NCBI GenBank assembly: GCA_002269645.1
Contig: NIVC01000566.1
Span: 434,001 to 498,000, forward strand
DNA from: Macrostomum lignano
Lineage: Eukaryota
DNA length: 64,000 bases
Direction of reading: 5' to 3'
Below the pieces are notes generated by a model. That model made no database searches. It saw nothing but the letters and a program-made list of their open reading frames with translations, and was not told the origin of the DNA. The position numbers and the translations under genes are program-made. Shown one piece after another: positions 1-10,517 of the stretch (the stretch's first letter is position 1; each line of letters begins with the position of its first letter).

Positions 1-92
1 CGACACCCCTGGGTAGCTATAGTAGATGCAAATCACAAATCGCACAGCTGCCTCTAGTTCTGCTCTGAGAGCTGGAGTCCCAGCTCACTTAC

Positions 93-642
93 CCATCCAG
101 TAATCCTCGTGGGGGAACCCGAAGCCCTCCGCATAGACCTCCCAGTTCTGTAGGAACGAGATGCTGTTGCCGCTGTGCTGCTGGAACACCACTTCGCCTA
201 GCGCTGGCCGGCTCGCAGAATTGTCAGCTCTGAGGCTCTCAAAGCGACCGAAGTGCAAACCCACCGGCACGAATTGCACGGTTTTGTGAACAACTGAATT
301 ATCCAGGTCGATAAACTTCTTGATACTGTTGCACCTGTCCTGATTGCCGCACTCAAAGATCAACTCGCCAGCAGTTCCACCTCTGGACACTCGGGCCGTC
401 ACCCCGACTCCAAAATCCTTGCCTTTGTCCACTTTCACATCCAGCCCAGTGACTGTCGGCTGGTCATTCTGCGGGCCAACTGCCGCAATTTTGAAGGCCA
501 GCATGACCTCATAGCTGCCGCTAAAGAAGTTGTAGCTGATTGTGGCGGGCTTGTCTACGAAGTCGACCTTGATGTCTTTTGCGAAGATCCCCAGTCCCTG
601 GCAGAGTAAGATGACCAGGAGCATGACAGAACAAGACTGCAT
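93..642 (-). CDS. Secreted fibrinogen-related (FReD) protein, exon 1; gene continues past the left edge
   Basis: ATG at 642, hydrophobic signal peptide, and the FReD motif VFQQH..SFLQNWEVYAEGFG..DYWMG. Phase-1 donor G|GTAAGT at 92; candidate acceptor CCCAG at 9, giving an 84 nt intron. Confidence 0.8.
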
Positions 643-1169
643 TGCTGCGGCTTGAATAATTAATCAAAAAAGGTTTTGTTCGGTATTTGGAAACTGGTAT
701 GAGCTGAGCATTTAAAATTAAATTTCTTTCCAAGCAGCCGGTGCTCAGGTAGGAAGGCAGTGAAAGAATGGAATTCGTTGAAACTTTGAGGCAAGAAGTC
801 GTGCAGCATGCCGACTGTTCTCTCGTTTGCAATCTCTCCGAATTTAAAATCGATATTTTCAACTATTTTAGTGCTTTCTTGAGTAACGGTGGGGTTGGAA
901 CTTCTTGGAACTATTGCTTCTGAATTATGAATTCTTCTGGCAGAATTCATTTTAAATTTTGCTGTTGAGCTCTGCTGCTACCTTAAACTTTTTAAGTTAA
1001 CTAGCTCGTATTTGGGCGACAATTTTAAAACAAAACTAAAACTTAAAACTAAAACAAAATTAACAGAATATAGGCTGACTGAGAGCTGCTTGACCTCGGG
1101 TCATCTCGGGTCAAACAGCTACTGCAGAGGTCGGCGAATTTTTTAACCTTACGCGCAGATAGCGAATCC

Positions 1170-1325
1170 AGATCATGAGATGAGATGAGGGAAGAGATCG
1201 AATCGGTGAGAGGAGGGGAGAGGAAGAGGAGAGAAAAAGGGACGACAGAGGGGAGAGGGGAGAGGGGAGAGGGGAGAGAGGGAAGAGAAGAAGAGAGGGG
1301 ATAGAACAGAGAGAGCTGAGAAGAG
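1170..1325. repeat. GA-rich polypurine low-complexity tract
   Basis: Almost purely A/G on the + strand; source of spurious Leu/Ser/Pro ORFs. Confidence 0.85.
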
Positions 1326-1594
1326 ACACAAACCTTGAGCAGGCTGGATTACTATTGTGAAGTTTCGAAGGATCAGAGGGTTGGATAGAGGAGCTTTGAG
1401 GGGCTGCATGTGGCCGGCAGACAGGGTCAGGGAGAGAGCTACTGGGAATACCTGGCTAAGCGTCGTGATTGGCCACGAGCGAATCCATCCACTATTCATT
1501 AAACCTCATTAAACTTCAAATGCTGAAATTGCTTGCGTGAACTCTTCAGAAAACCGCTTTGAACCACGGTCAACCCGAAATCATGCACCAGAGG

Positions 1595-1770
1595 TACAAA
1601 TACAAGCCAAAAACCTAAGCTGATGTCTCAGACTCGGGGCAGTCGCAGAGGAGACTGAAGCAAGGACTACTAGACTTGCAAGCAAGGAACTGCCGTGGTC
1701 CTTAAATTGGACTAAAGAAAGAAGAAGAAAGAGGCAACTTGCATGGGACCACATCTCTGAGAGAAGAGAG
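1595..1770 (+). repeat. Diverged partial copy of the dispersed LTR-like repeat also at 28440 and 30285
   Basis: Shares AAATACAAGC, CTCAGACTCGGRGCAG and ACATCTCTGAGAGAAG blocks with the other copies. Confidence 0.5.
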
Positions 1771-2357
1771 AATTAGATAATACGCTCGTACCGTTTGGTA
1801 AGCGTTGCTAGTCTCTTCGCTATTTGATTGGCGAGAACAGATTAAATGTCAATTAGATTGAGAGAAATTGATTTCTGTTGATTTTATTGAGTTGAAGGCC
1901 TCCTCATTCCAAACAACATCAACAAAAATACGTTGTCAACCAGTCAAGCGTGAGACAACGTCACAGGGCGTGTTTTCAGGGCCTGGGCGCGAACTAGAAT
2001 TTTTAACGTTCTCATAGTGAAAAACGGCTGAAAACATCATCCTCTTCTGATTATTGAAATTTAAATTTACAATTAAATGTGTACGAACTCTGACAAGCCG
2101 TGTGAGTTTGTTTCGGATCGACCAATAGCAAAATCCTAATTACGAGTCAATGCCGATGCGTGTTATTTAAATATTAGTCAATATGGGTGGTTGGCGCGTG
2201 CATGGCTAGAGGGTTGAATGTACGCCGATATAGAATGACAGAGATATAGAAGGCCAGCCCCGCAATGCACACAAATACTCAATAGCTAGTAAATACAGCA
2301 CTGAGAGCTGCTAAGGGGCAAGCCTACAACATGTATATAAAGTATACCTTTCGAATT

Positions 2358-2394
2358 TTTTTTATTAGAGGCAGGGGGTTGTGTGCACCCTGGC
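2358..2394 (-). mobile_element. 3' end fragment of the SINE family at 46760-47126
   Basis: TTATTAGAGGCAGGGGGTTGTGTGCACCCTGGC is nearly identical to about 46770-46803. Confidence 0.6.
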
Positions 2395-3633
2395 CTTTCG
2401 AAAGTCATCAGTAAATTTTTCAGTCTGTACTACTTGCACTAGCGTTCAAAAAAGAGCAAGCAGTCGAATAAGTACGAGCGTATTAGATATTAAATGAAAA
2501 AGTAAGAAAACTAAAGCTGCTCTGATGAGCCATCCCACTCAAACAAAAGTTTGAATGTTTCGGGAAAGTTCCATATATGTATATAGTCTCATGAGTTAAA
2601 AATTTTTTTAATCCATCAAATTTTAGCAAGCGCTTCTGGGGCATGAACTGAAAAAGTTGACGCGACGGACGCGTCTAGCTATATGAGCTATTGTAGTTTC
2701 TATATTTAGCGAGAGCATGCTTTGAGTAAAATGTTTGTAGTGATATTCTTGTAAGTAGTAGTATATGTTAATAACTGTGCGAGCTCTACAAGAGTCTGTA
2801 ACTTGTTACTAACATATACGAGCTAATTTCTTGCTGGTTTCACTATCGGAAAATTAATACGTGTGTGACGATTTTATAGGCCTTTTCTTTTGCTAATGTT
2901 GATGAGTTGTGTAGCAGCAGGATGTACATGTACAGTATGAAGAATTGTAGTAAAATGAAGTATAGGCGAATTACAGGGAGCTGTCGAAAATACTGTCGAA
3001 AATCTGCGAAATATTTAATATATTTATCTATTAAGTATTAGAGCCAACACAAAGCCAAGAGCGACGAGCGACAAACCAGACAAACAGCTTCAAGGAAATT
3101 CAAAACGTTTTTATAGTCATTTGAAATTTGAATATTAAGATTTAAACTAAGTAGTGAAAACTTTATCTGATTAATAGGTCCACGAGTACGTGCGCAAATA
3201 CAATTAATGAGTAGCAGATTTAAATACCAATAATTTTGCAAACGATGTACAAGAACTCAAACCGTTACAGGTGCGTCAATCACAAGACTTACTCGTACTG
3301 CGGTAATAAAATTAGCACCTGTTTAAATTTCCTATTTGCGAAAATTTAAAGAGCTTTAAGTCAAGTCAATTTCAAGCCAAACTGAAGCTCACAGTGAGAA
3401 TTTTATATATTTTATTTACACATTCGGCTTATTATTAGTCCAATAAAAATTATTATATTGGAGCAACTTTAAACTTGCCTAATTTCATAGTAGATAAGCA
3501 AAATTAAAAGAAGAACGAAAATATCACTATATTTTCGTGGTGTAAGACCAAGATGGCCACACACCAAGATGGCCACAGCTGGGGTGGGGGTCACGGAAAA
3601 TGGCAACGGGTTTTCTAAGCACTTAGATACAAA

Positions 3634-4407
3634 ATGGCAGGCGCATATTCATGTGTGGTCTGTCTGCAGCCAGTTTGCGATGGACAAGAAGCAATTGAGT
3701 GTTCTCAATGCTTGAATTGGCCGCACCGTGCATGTGATAGTCGCGTCACAATCGATCAGTATTCTGCAATGAGAAATGTCGGTGAGTTTTTCTGGCTTTG
3801 CAATCAATGCAATAGACAGGCTCCTGCAGGTAACTTAGCAGTGTCTCAAGCTGCAGTGGTACATGTACAAGCCCCGAATTCTGGACCAGCGGCTGTTCCT
3901 CTGCCTGCTGAAAATCCAGAACCAGTGCATTTGATTCCGGCACAAGCAGAAAATTTTCTTTACCAGTATCCAGATTTCAATGACCCTGATCCAGCTCTGG
4001 AAGAATCCATTCAAATTCCTCCAGCAGAGCTTGCACTGCCCCGCAGCCCACCTCCGCAGCCCTTTGAGATTCTTACAGTTGCAGGATGCAGTCACGGAAA
4101 AGACCTTCTAGTGCAGTATGCCCAACGAGACCTTGGCCATCTGATGGATGAAAAAACGCGGCGAAATGGCAACACGTACTATCGCTGCACTAAGCATTTA
4201 TCACTGCACTGTCATGGCTCCGCAGTCCGCCGTGCTGATGGAACCATAGAAGCCCTTGCTCCGCACACGTGCGATCTGCACAAGGGCCTGCAGCCATCTG
4301 CACACTCAGCCTGTCTGGCAGGTACAGCAGCCTGCAGACGAGGAGGCTTAAAACCTAATCAACTACCCAAGCCGCCCACCCACATCTATTGCCATTTCAG
4401 ATCATAA
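3634..4407 (+). pseudogene. Truncated MULE transposase N-terminus: PHD finger + FLYWCH/WRKY-type zinc finger, no DDE domain
   Basis: CVVC..C..C..H..C..W.C..C PHD pattern, then YYRCTKHLSLHCHG...HTC. The ORF ends in a ~70 bp locally duplicated segment (about 4390-4460 / 4508-4560). Confidence 0.7.
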
Positions 4408-5589
4408 CAAGTTAAAAAAGCCAAAAAAAATCCGCACTTACTTATTTATACTGCACCCATTGCTATAATTTGCTTGAACTTTGTCATATATCCATGCCAC
4501 CCGTACCTTATTGCCATTTCAGATCATAACGAGTTAAAAAAGCCAAAAAATCCGCACCTTCTTAGTTGCTGCAACCAATATAGCCCTGGAGCATATTTAA
4601 GAATCACCGTGCACATTTCTTGCCAGACATTACACTTTGTTTTACGCTCAAATTTGGGATGGGGGGTTCATTGCGTCGCACTTACAGAGCAAGCAGCCTT
4701 TACTTGGGCTAGTCACTGCATGTATGTGTGACTCAGTGCACTTCTGCCTCCGTAATTCATCATCATCCCATCATCCCCATCATTATGCATGATATTATAT
4801 GAGCTACGTATACGAGCTATTAAAATGCAGATATGAGATACCTTTTGCACCCACGTTCGCAGAACAGGCCTGATGAAAGATTTCATAGAAAAACAATTTA
4901 TTCATTGCTACAAGCTACAAGCTGTTGTCAATCCGTTGGTATCTAGAAATAATATGAAATATCGTGAATGGGTGGCAACTGATGCAGTTTTTTATTTTTG
5001 ATTTCCACTTCTATTGAGTTCACATACGACCCGTATTCTGTTGTTTAAGTTGAATACAAAAGGTAGGCGGGGTTGCTGTCAATTCAAGCTTGAATGAGCA
5101 AAGAGTTAATTTATGGTCAAACAGTCCTCACAGTGCTCCCCTAGTGGTGGTGATGCCTCACGGATCGTTACACTCAAGCCAACCCTAGAGCAACTTTTTT
5201 TCAATCTTGGCCTATACTGATACGATACGATTGGAAGTCATAAATACAGTCTAAATAACTGACTGGCTTGCGTGGAGATAAAAATCTATCTATATAAAAC
5301 AGCTCACCTCAAATCAGCCATATCGTTATTTTTCGTTGCAATCTTTTTTCAGTTTCAACATTTTTAACCAACTGCTATGGTTGGTAACCATGATAACAAT
5401 CTGGCTCGTAAATAAATAACTCAATATAGTGACTTTGCATGCAGCACTTAGCATGAAGCTTAGATATGAGATGCATGTATTTTTCAGCAAGTACATACCC
5501 AAGAAATGCAAGGCTTCAACCAAAGTCTAACAATTCTGAAATCTCGTCAAAATAAGCCGAACCTCTAAATACATGTACAGATACAAGTC

Positions 5590-6110
5590 TGATACAAACA
5601 GAAGAGAGAAGTGATCAGATAGGAGAGATGAAAGAGGAGAAAGGAGAGATGAGAGAGCAGAGATGAGAAATGAGGCAGTAGAGCTAGAACAGAGGAGAGA
5701 GGAGAGAGGAGAGGGAAGAGATTATAGAGACGAGTGGAGAGAGAAGAGAAATATGTGAGAGCAGACATGAGAGACAATGGGAAAGAAGTGGAATGAAGGA
5801 GAATAAAGGGGGAGAATCAAGAGGGCAGGAAGAGAGGGGAAGGGAGAGAAGAGAGATGAGAGGAAATAGAAGAATGGAGAAGGGAGAGAATAGAAAGGAG
5901 AAAAGAGATGGGAGAGCAGGAGAGATGAGAGATGAGAGGGAGGAGAGAGTAGAGAGGGGAGGTGAAAGAGTAAAGGGGAGAAAGTTGAGAGAAGAGTTGG
6001 GACTGGGAGAGTTGGGAAAAAAGAGGAAAGATGTTAAAGGAGAGTACAGATGAGAGATGAGAGAGAGGAGATAAGACAGGAAATAAATAATAAGAGAGAG
6101 GGTCGAGAGT
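5590..6110. repeat. GA-rich polypurine tract (further tracts at about 6850-7060 and 7470-7940)
   Basis: Strand-asymmetric A/G low complexity. Confidence 0.85.
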
Positions 6111-6589
6111 ATAGAGGGAACTTTGCACTGACCTACGAGGTGCGAACAAACACGAGAAATCAAACTGAAATGTGCTAATTTTAACAGTCCCAGACTTCCA
6201 TTGTTCCTACAAAATTTTAAACAGCGGGGCAGGACCTCCTGCAGGCAGACCCATAGAAATTTTTCCGGTTTCCAAGATAATATTGACTTATAGGGAATAA
6301 ACACATACCGTACGAGCTCAAATTTGAGCTCAAAGTTCGAGCTCAAATCCTAAATATTTAAACATCACCACATGAGCACGGAGTCACAACATAGTTTGAA
6401 TATAATGGAAAGCGTACGTAAATAAGCGAAAAGCGGTATCCAACGGGGCAACACGAGCAAACTTTTAATACGCTAATTGGGAGGGGATTAAGCAATCACG
6501 GGCTGACTACCATTCTGCCACTCAGCGGGGGTCAGCGGGAGACTAACTCCTAATAAATAAATTTTCTCAGTCCTATAATCTTTAATGGC

Positions 6590-6760
6590 ATGACACGGCC
6601 TTCACACATGGGGGCTCCAAGGCCTCCACGCACCTTCCAGTGATTTTAGAATAGTCTTTGGCTCTTAGCAAAGACAGCGCACTGCCCCCATCTACCAGAA
6701 GGTGGGTGGGCACATTCTCGATTGAATATTCTACAACAATATCTCTCCCGCGTTGCCTTC
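6590..6760 (-). pseudogene. Retroviral-type aspartic protease remnant (LTR retrotransposon fragment)
   Basis: IVVEYSIENVPTHLLVDGGSALSLL resembles the retropepsin LVD(T/S)G(A/S) motif; no flanking gag or RT seen. Confidence 0.5.
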
Positions 6761-9365
6761 TAGCTGGCCTCAGCTGGTACAAGTCGGCACTTTTTCAAAC
6801 ATAGGCTTCTTTCCTATGTTTGCTATCTATCTTTCCTATCTTTCCTTCTTTCCTAAGGGGAGAGAGTGGAGACCAGAGATAAATGAGAAGAGAGAGCAAA
6901 GATGAAAGAGAAGAGAGGTGAGGGAAGATTGACAAGAGAAGATGGGAGAGAGGAGATAGGAAAGAAGAGAAGAGAAGAGAGAGAAGAGAGAGAGAGAAAA
7001 CAAAAGAGAAGATAGAAGTTTCAAAGGATCCGAGGGACATAGAGAGAGACAGGAGGCCAGAGATTTTGCCGATACATGTTTTCAAAAAACAAGTTTTTGT
7101 TTGAGTATGACTTCAGATTTTAGAACTAGATATAAGCTGAGCTGAGAGAGAAGATGAAAGTAGAGGCTGAGAGTAGAGAGAGGCTGAGAGCAGAGGGGCT
7201 GAGAGTAGAGATGGGCTGGGGATAGAGAGGTTGAGAGTGGATAGATGCTGAGAGTAGAGAGGTTGAGAGTAGAGAGGCTAGTTCACGTTGTTCTCAATCC
7301 CATTCCACTATACATGTAGTTTTTATCTAATGTGACTAAGCCAGGTGCTTTTAGTGCAGGGGTTGGCAAACTTTTTACCTCAATTGAGAACCCAGCTCAT
7401 GACTGCCCTTCTATAGTCCGCTTTGTTGGCCCCCAAAGCAAAGCGAGGAGTCCTGATGACAGCGGGCCAGAGGTGAGGAGAGAGGGTAAGGAAGAGAGAA
7501 GAGAAATACAAGCATAGGATAAAGGAGAGGCGAAGGAATAAAGGAGAAGAGAGTTGATGAGAGGAGAGATTAAATACGAGCGGAGAGAGAGGAGAAGGGA
7601 GATTAATGGAGAGGAGAAAGGAGGGAAGGGAGAAGAGAATGAAGAGGAAAAGGGAGATGAGAACAAAGAGGTGAGGAGAGAGGAGAGGATAGAGATAAGG
7701 AGAGAGGAGAGGAGAAAGGTGAGGAGAGGAGAGAGGAGAGGGCAGAGATGAGAGAGGAGAGGGCAGAGATGAGGGAGAGAAAATATGAGAGGAGAGGGCA
7801 GAGATGAGAGAGAAAAGAGAGAAGAGGGTAAACATAAGAGAGAATGGATGAGAGAGGAGAGGACAAGAGATGAGAAAGAGAAAAGATTAGAGACTAGAGT
7901 GCAGAGATGAGAGAAAAGATCAGAGATAAGAGGGCACTCCAATTTTTGCTTACTTCTATCATAACTAATACCTTTAACCTCTACCTTTAACTTTTAACAT
8001 ATACAAACAACATGTCAGTTTTAGTATATTGAAGATAGGTTTGAAACTATTATCCATGATACAAAAACCAAATGTCTTGTGCTAGTAGTGCTACTAGCTT
8101 TAGTAGGTAGTAATACCTGCTATAAAGGGAAGTGTTTTTTGTTTTACTTAGTCTAATTTCACTAACGAAATCTGTCTTCTCCGAGACTTGAAGCTAGGTC
8201 ATACCCCACCCCAATCACAGCCAATAGGAAATGAGGAAATATATAGACCTATTCCTATCCAAGCAGCCATTCAGAGCTGTGGCCATCTTGGTGTGTGGCC
8301 ATCTTGGTCATGCGCCATGGTAAATTTTCAGCTTGCGTAAAATCATAGTTGAAATGCCAGAGAGCTGAATGTTTCATCTTAAATTTATAATTTGTCTTTT
8401 ACCAGCCTAATATTGAAATTTTTTATGTATGTGACCACTTAAATTCTAATTATGATAACAGGCTATTGCTATGTGATTGTATAGAAGAGTAGATTAAATT
8501 GTAGTAGAAAGTAAAAAAATCTTAAGTGTATGTCTGTTACATATAAATTTACTTCTTAGATATTAGTATGTATTTACAGAGGTACTGGTATCTATTTAAG
8601 TAGGTTTCTTACATTTACTTATGTTATACTAATTTTCCATCATTCATTTAATTCTTTTTTCTTCAAATTAGTCCAACCTATTCTAGACGCAACTTAATCT
8701 TTTTTCCAAGATTATATTAGTTTCAAAGGAACCTAGTCAATTGAAGCATAGATTTTCATATATATTGATTAAAATTCTTAAATGGCTATTTTGATAACTT
8801 AAAATATTAAAAACCATAAGGAATAAATACCATCTTTCGCATAGAAAGTTTTTGCGGCGCTGTTTTTGCGCTCTGTCATTATGGCACATAATGAATCATA
8901 TTAAATAGGTATTAAAATATTTCTTAAAAAATATTTGCCAACTTTTCAATAAGCCTAATAGCTCCATAATGTTACAAATTGTCTTATAGGTTCAATATAC
9001 TCGTAGAACTCTAAGATATTTTAAGAATTTTCTTCACTGACAATTTTGTAAACTATAACCAGTGTACCATTTGCAAATTAATTGACTAAATCCAAAAGTA
9101 TTTGTGCCTTGTGAATGAGATTTAATATAATTCCTGAGTATTTTATTGTCTGTTCTATTTAGTCTGATATTCAGGTTCCTACTTTTCATAGTACCAGACA
9201 GAGTAGTGGTTCAATAGGCTAGCAGGAAGCTGATTTTCTTTCCTATTTTTATCATCGAATTTGGGATATAGTCAGACAGTCATTCACTCAGAGAGGAAGC
9301 CTACCATTCTCTAATTACCTAGTTGGAATTTTATTGCTAACAAACTTATACATTTATGTGCCATC

Positions 9366-10517
9366 ATGAGGCTGCGATTGTTGCCACTAATGCTTGCAAC
9401 CTGCCTGAGCCTGATGGCTGCGGTGTACCATTTTAGTGCGAAGACCTCAGTGCTGCAGCTGTCAGCCGCTTGGATTGTCAACCAGTCTGAAGCAAATTTG
9501 CTAGTTTTTAAGGCTCAAGCGCCGACCTACGCCATGCCCCTGGATATTGAAGCTCTGAGACTGAACTTCTCGAAGCTGAAGGATGCCACCAAGCGGCACA
9601 GCGGGCCGCACAGAGGCCGGCTGGACCAGATGATGTTGAACTACGTGCCGGTGTTCAGCACCACAGAGTGGATGCTGCGCAGCCCTAGCGGCAGGCGCTT
9701 CACCATAGCGGAGGTCCAGGCTGTTGCCAAGTCCACCATTCGCCCGGGAGTTCCGGTGCCAAATGTTGCCCACTTTGTGCTCCCCTTCGGCGACACCCAG
9801 CTGCAGTTCCACCACATGGTCAGCCTCCTCAGCTGCCTGCACGTGATGAAGCCACATCGCCTGATGCTGTGGTACGCTCCCGGCAGGCTGCCCACTGGAC
9901 GGTGGTGGGACCGAGTGAGGAAAAACCTCACCGAAGTGGAGTGGGATGAAAGGATTGTCATGGTGCAGAGGCCGGTCCCCAAATCGGTGTACTCGGTGCC
10001 AGTTCACGGCAGAGAGCACCAGTCGGATGTGATGAGGCTGGAGGCCGTGCTCATATTTGGCGGCGTGTACCTGGATATCGACGTGCTCGTGCTGAAGCCG
10101 CTGGACCCTCTGCGGAAGTTCGACTTCACCATCGGTAGAGAGGTTTCCTACGGTCTGTGCAACGGCATCTTCATGTCGGCTCCGAGTGCAACTTTTCTGG
10201 CCATGTGGCACACTGCATATCAGGTGTTCGATGATAACGCTTGGGGCGACCACTCTGTGAAGCTGCCGCACTCGATGCAGCTGGCGTTCCCGGATCTGTG
10301 CCACGTGGAGGAGGACAGCCTGGACCGCCCGAACTGGACTTCGGAAGAGGTGGTCTGGATCTACGGGATCGGGCAGCAGCACCACTGGGACTGGCGGAGA
10401 AAGAACTACGCTGTTTACCTGTACGGCAAATTCAACAATGAGAACTTGTCTAGCGTAAGAAGCCTGAACTCCATGTACGGGGAAATGTGCCGCTACATTC
10501 TTTTTGGGAGCAGCTGA
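9366..10517 (+). CDS. GT32-family DXD glycosyltransferase (alpha-1,4-GlcNAc/Gal transferase-like), single exon, type II membrane protein
   Basis: 383 aa ORF with an N-terminal hydrophobic anchor, VPNVAHFV, HQSDVMRLEAVLIFGGVYLDIDV and LCNGIFMS motifs; GC-rich coding composition. Confidence 0.88.
   Translation: MRLRLLPLMLATCLSLMAAVYHFSAKTSVLQLSAAWIVNQSEANLLVFKAQAPTYAMPLDIEALRLNFSKLKDATKRHSGPHRGRLDQMMLNYVPVFSTTEWMLRSPSGRRFTIAEVQAVAKSTIRPGVPVPNVAHFVLPFGDTQLQFHHMVSLLSCLHVMKPHRLMLWYAPGRLPTGRWWDRVRKNLTEVEWDERIVMVQRPVPKSVYSVPVHGREHQSDVMRLEAVLIFGGVYLDIDVLVLKPLDPLRKFDFTIGREVSYGLCNGIFMSAPSATFLAMWHTAYQVFDDNAWGDHSVKLPHSMQLAFPDLCHVEEDSLDRPNWTSEEVVWIYGIGQQHHWDWRRKNYAVYLYGKFNNENLSSVRSLNSMYGEMCRYILFGSS

Larger units (their letters stand above)
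3537..8320 (+). mobile_element. Mutator-like (MULE) DNA transposon, internally rearranged and non-autonomous
   Basis: Perfect 35 bp inverted repeat 3546-3580 / 8275-8309 (GACCAAGATGGCCACACACCAAGATGGCCACAGCT), extending imperfectly outward. Candidate 9 bp TSD TATATTTTC (3528-3536) / TAAATTTTC (8321-8329). PHD+FLYWCH ORF starts 54 bp inside the left TIR. Confidence 0.7.

Noticed and set aside
2522-2545. Hammerhead ribozyme core (CTGATGAG...CTCAAAC)
   Set aside because: Lacks the essential GAAA, and stems I and III could not be formed.
7357-7375. hAT-like terminus CAGGGGTTGGCAAACTTTT
   Set aside because: No matching second terminus found.
5565-7942. Leu/Ser/Pro-rich and Glu/Arg-rich ORFs
   Set aside because: Products of GA/CT low-complexity tracts.
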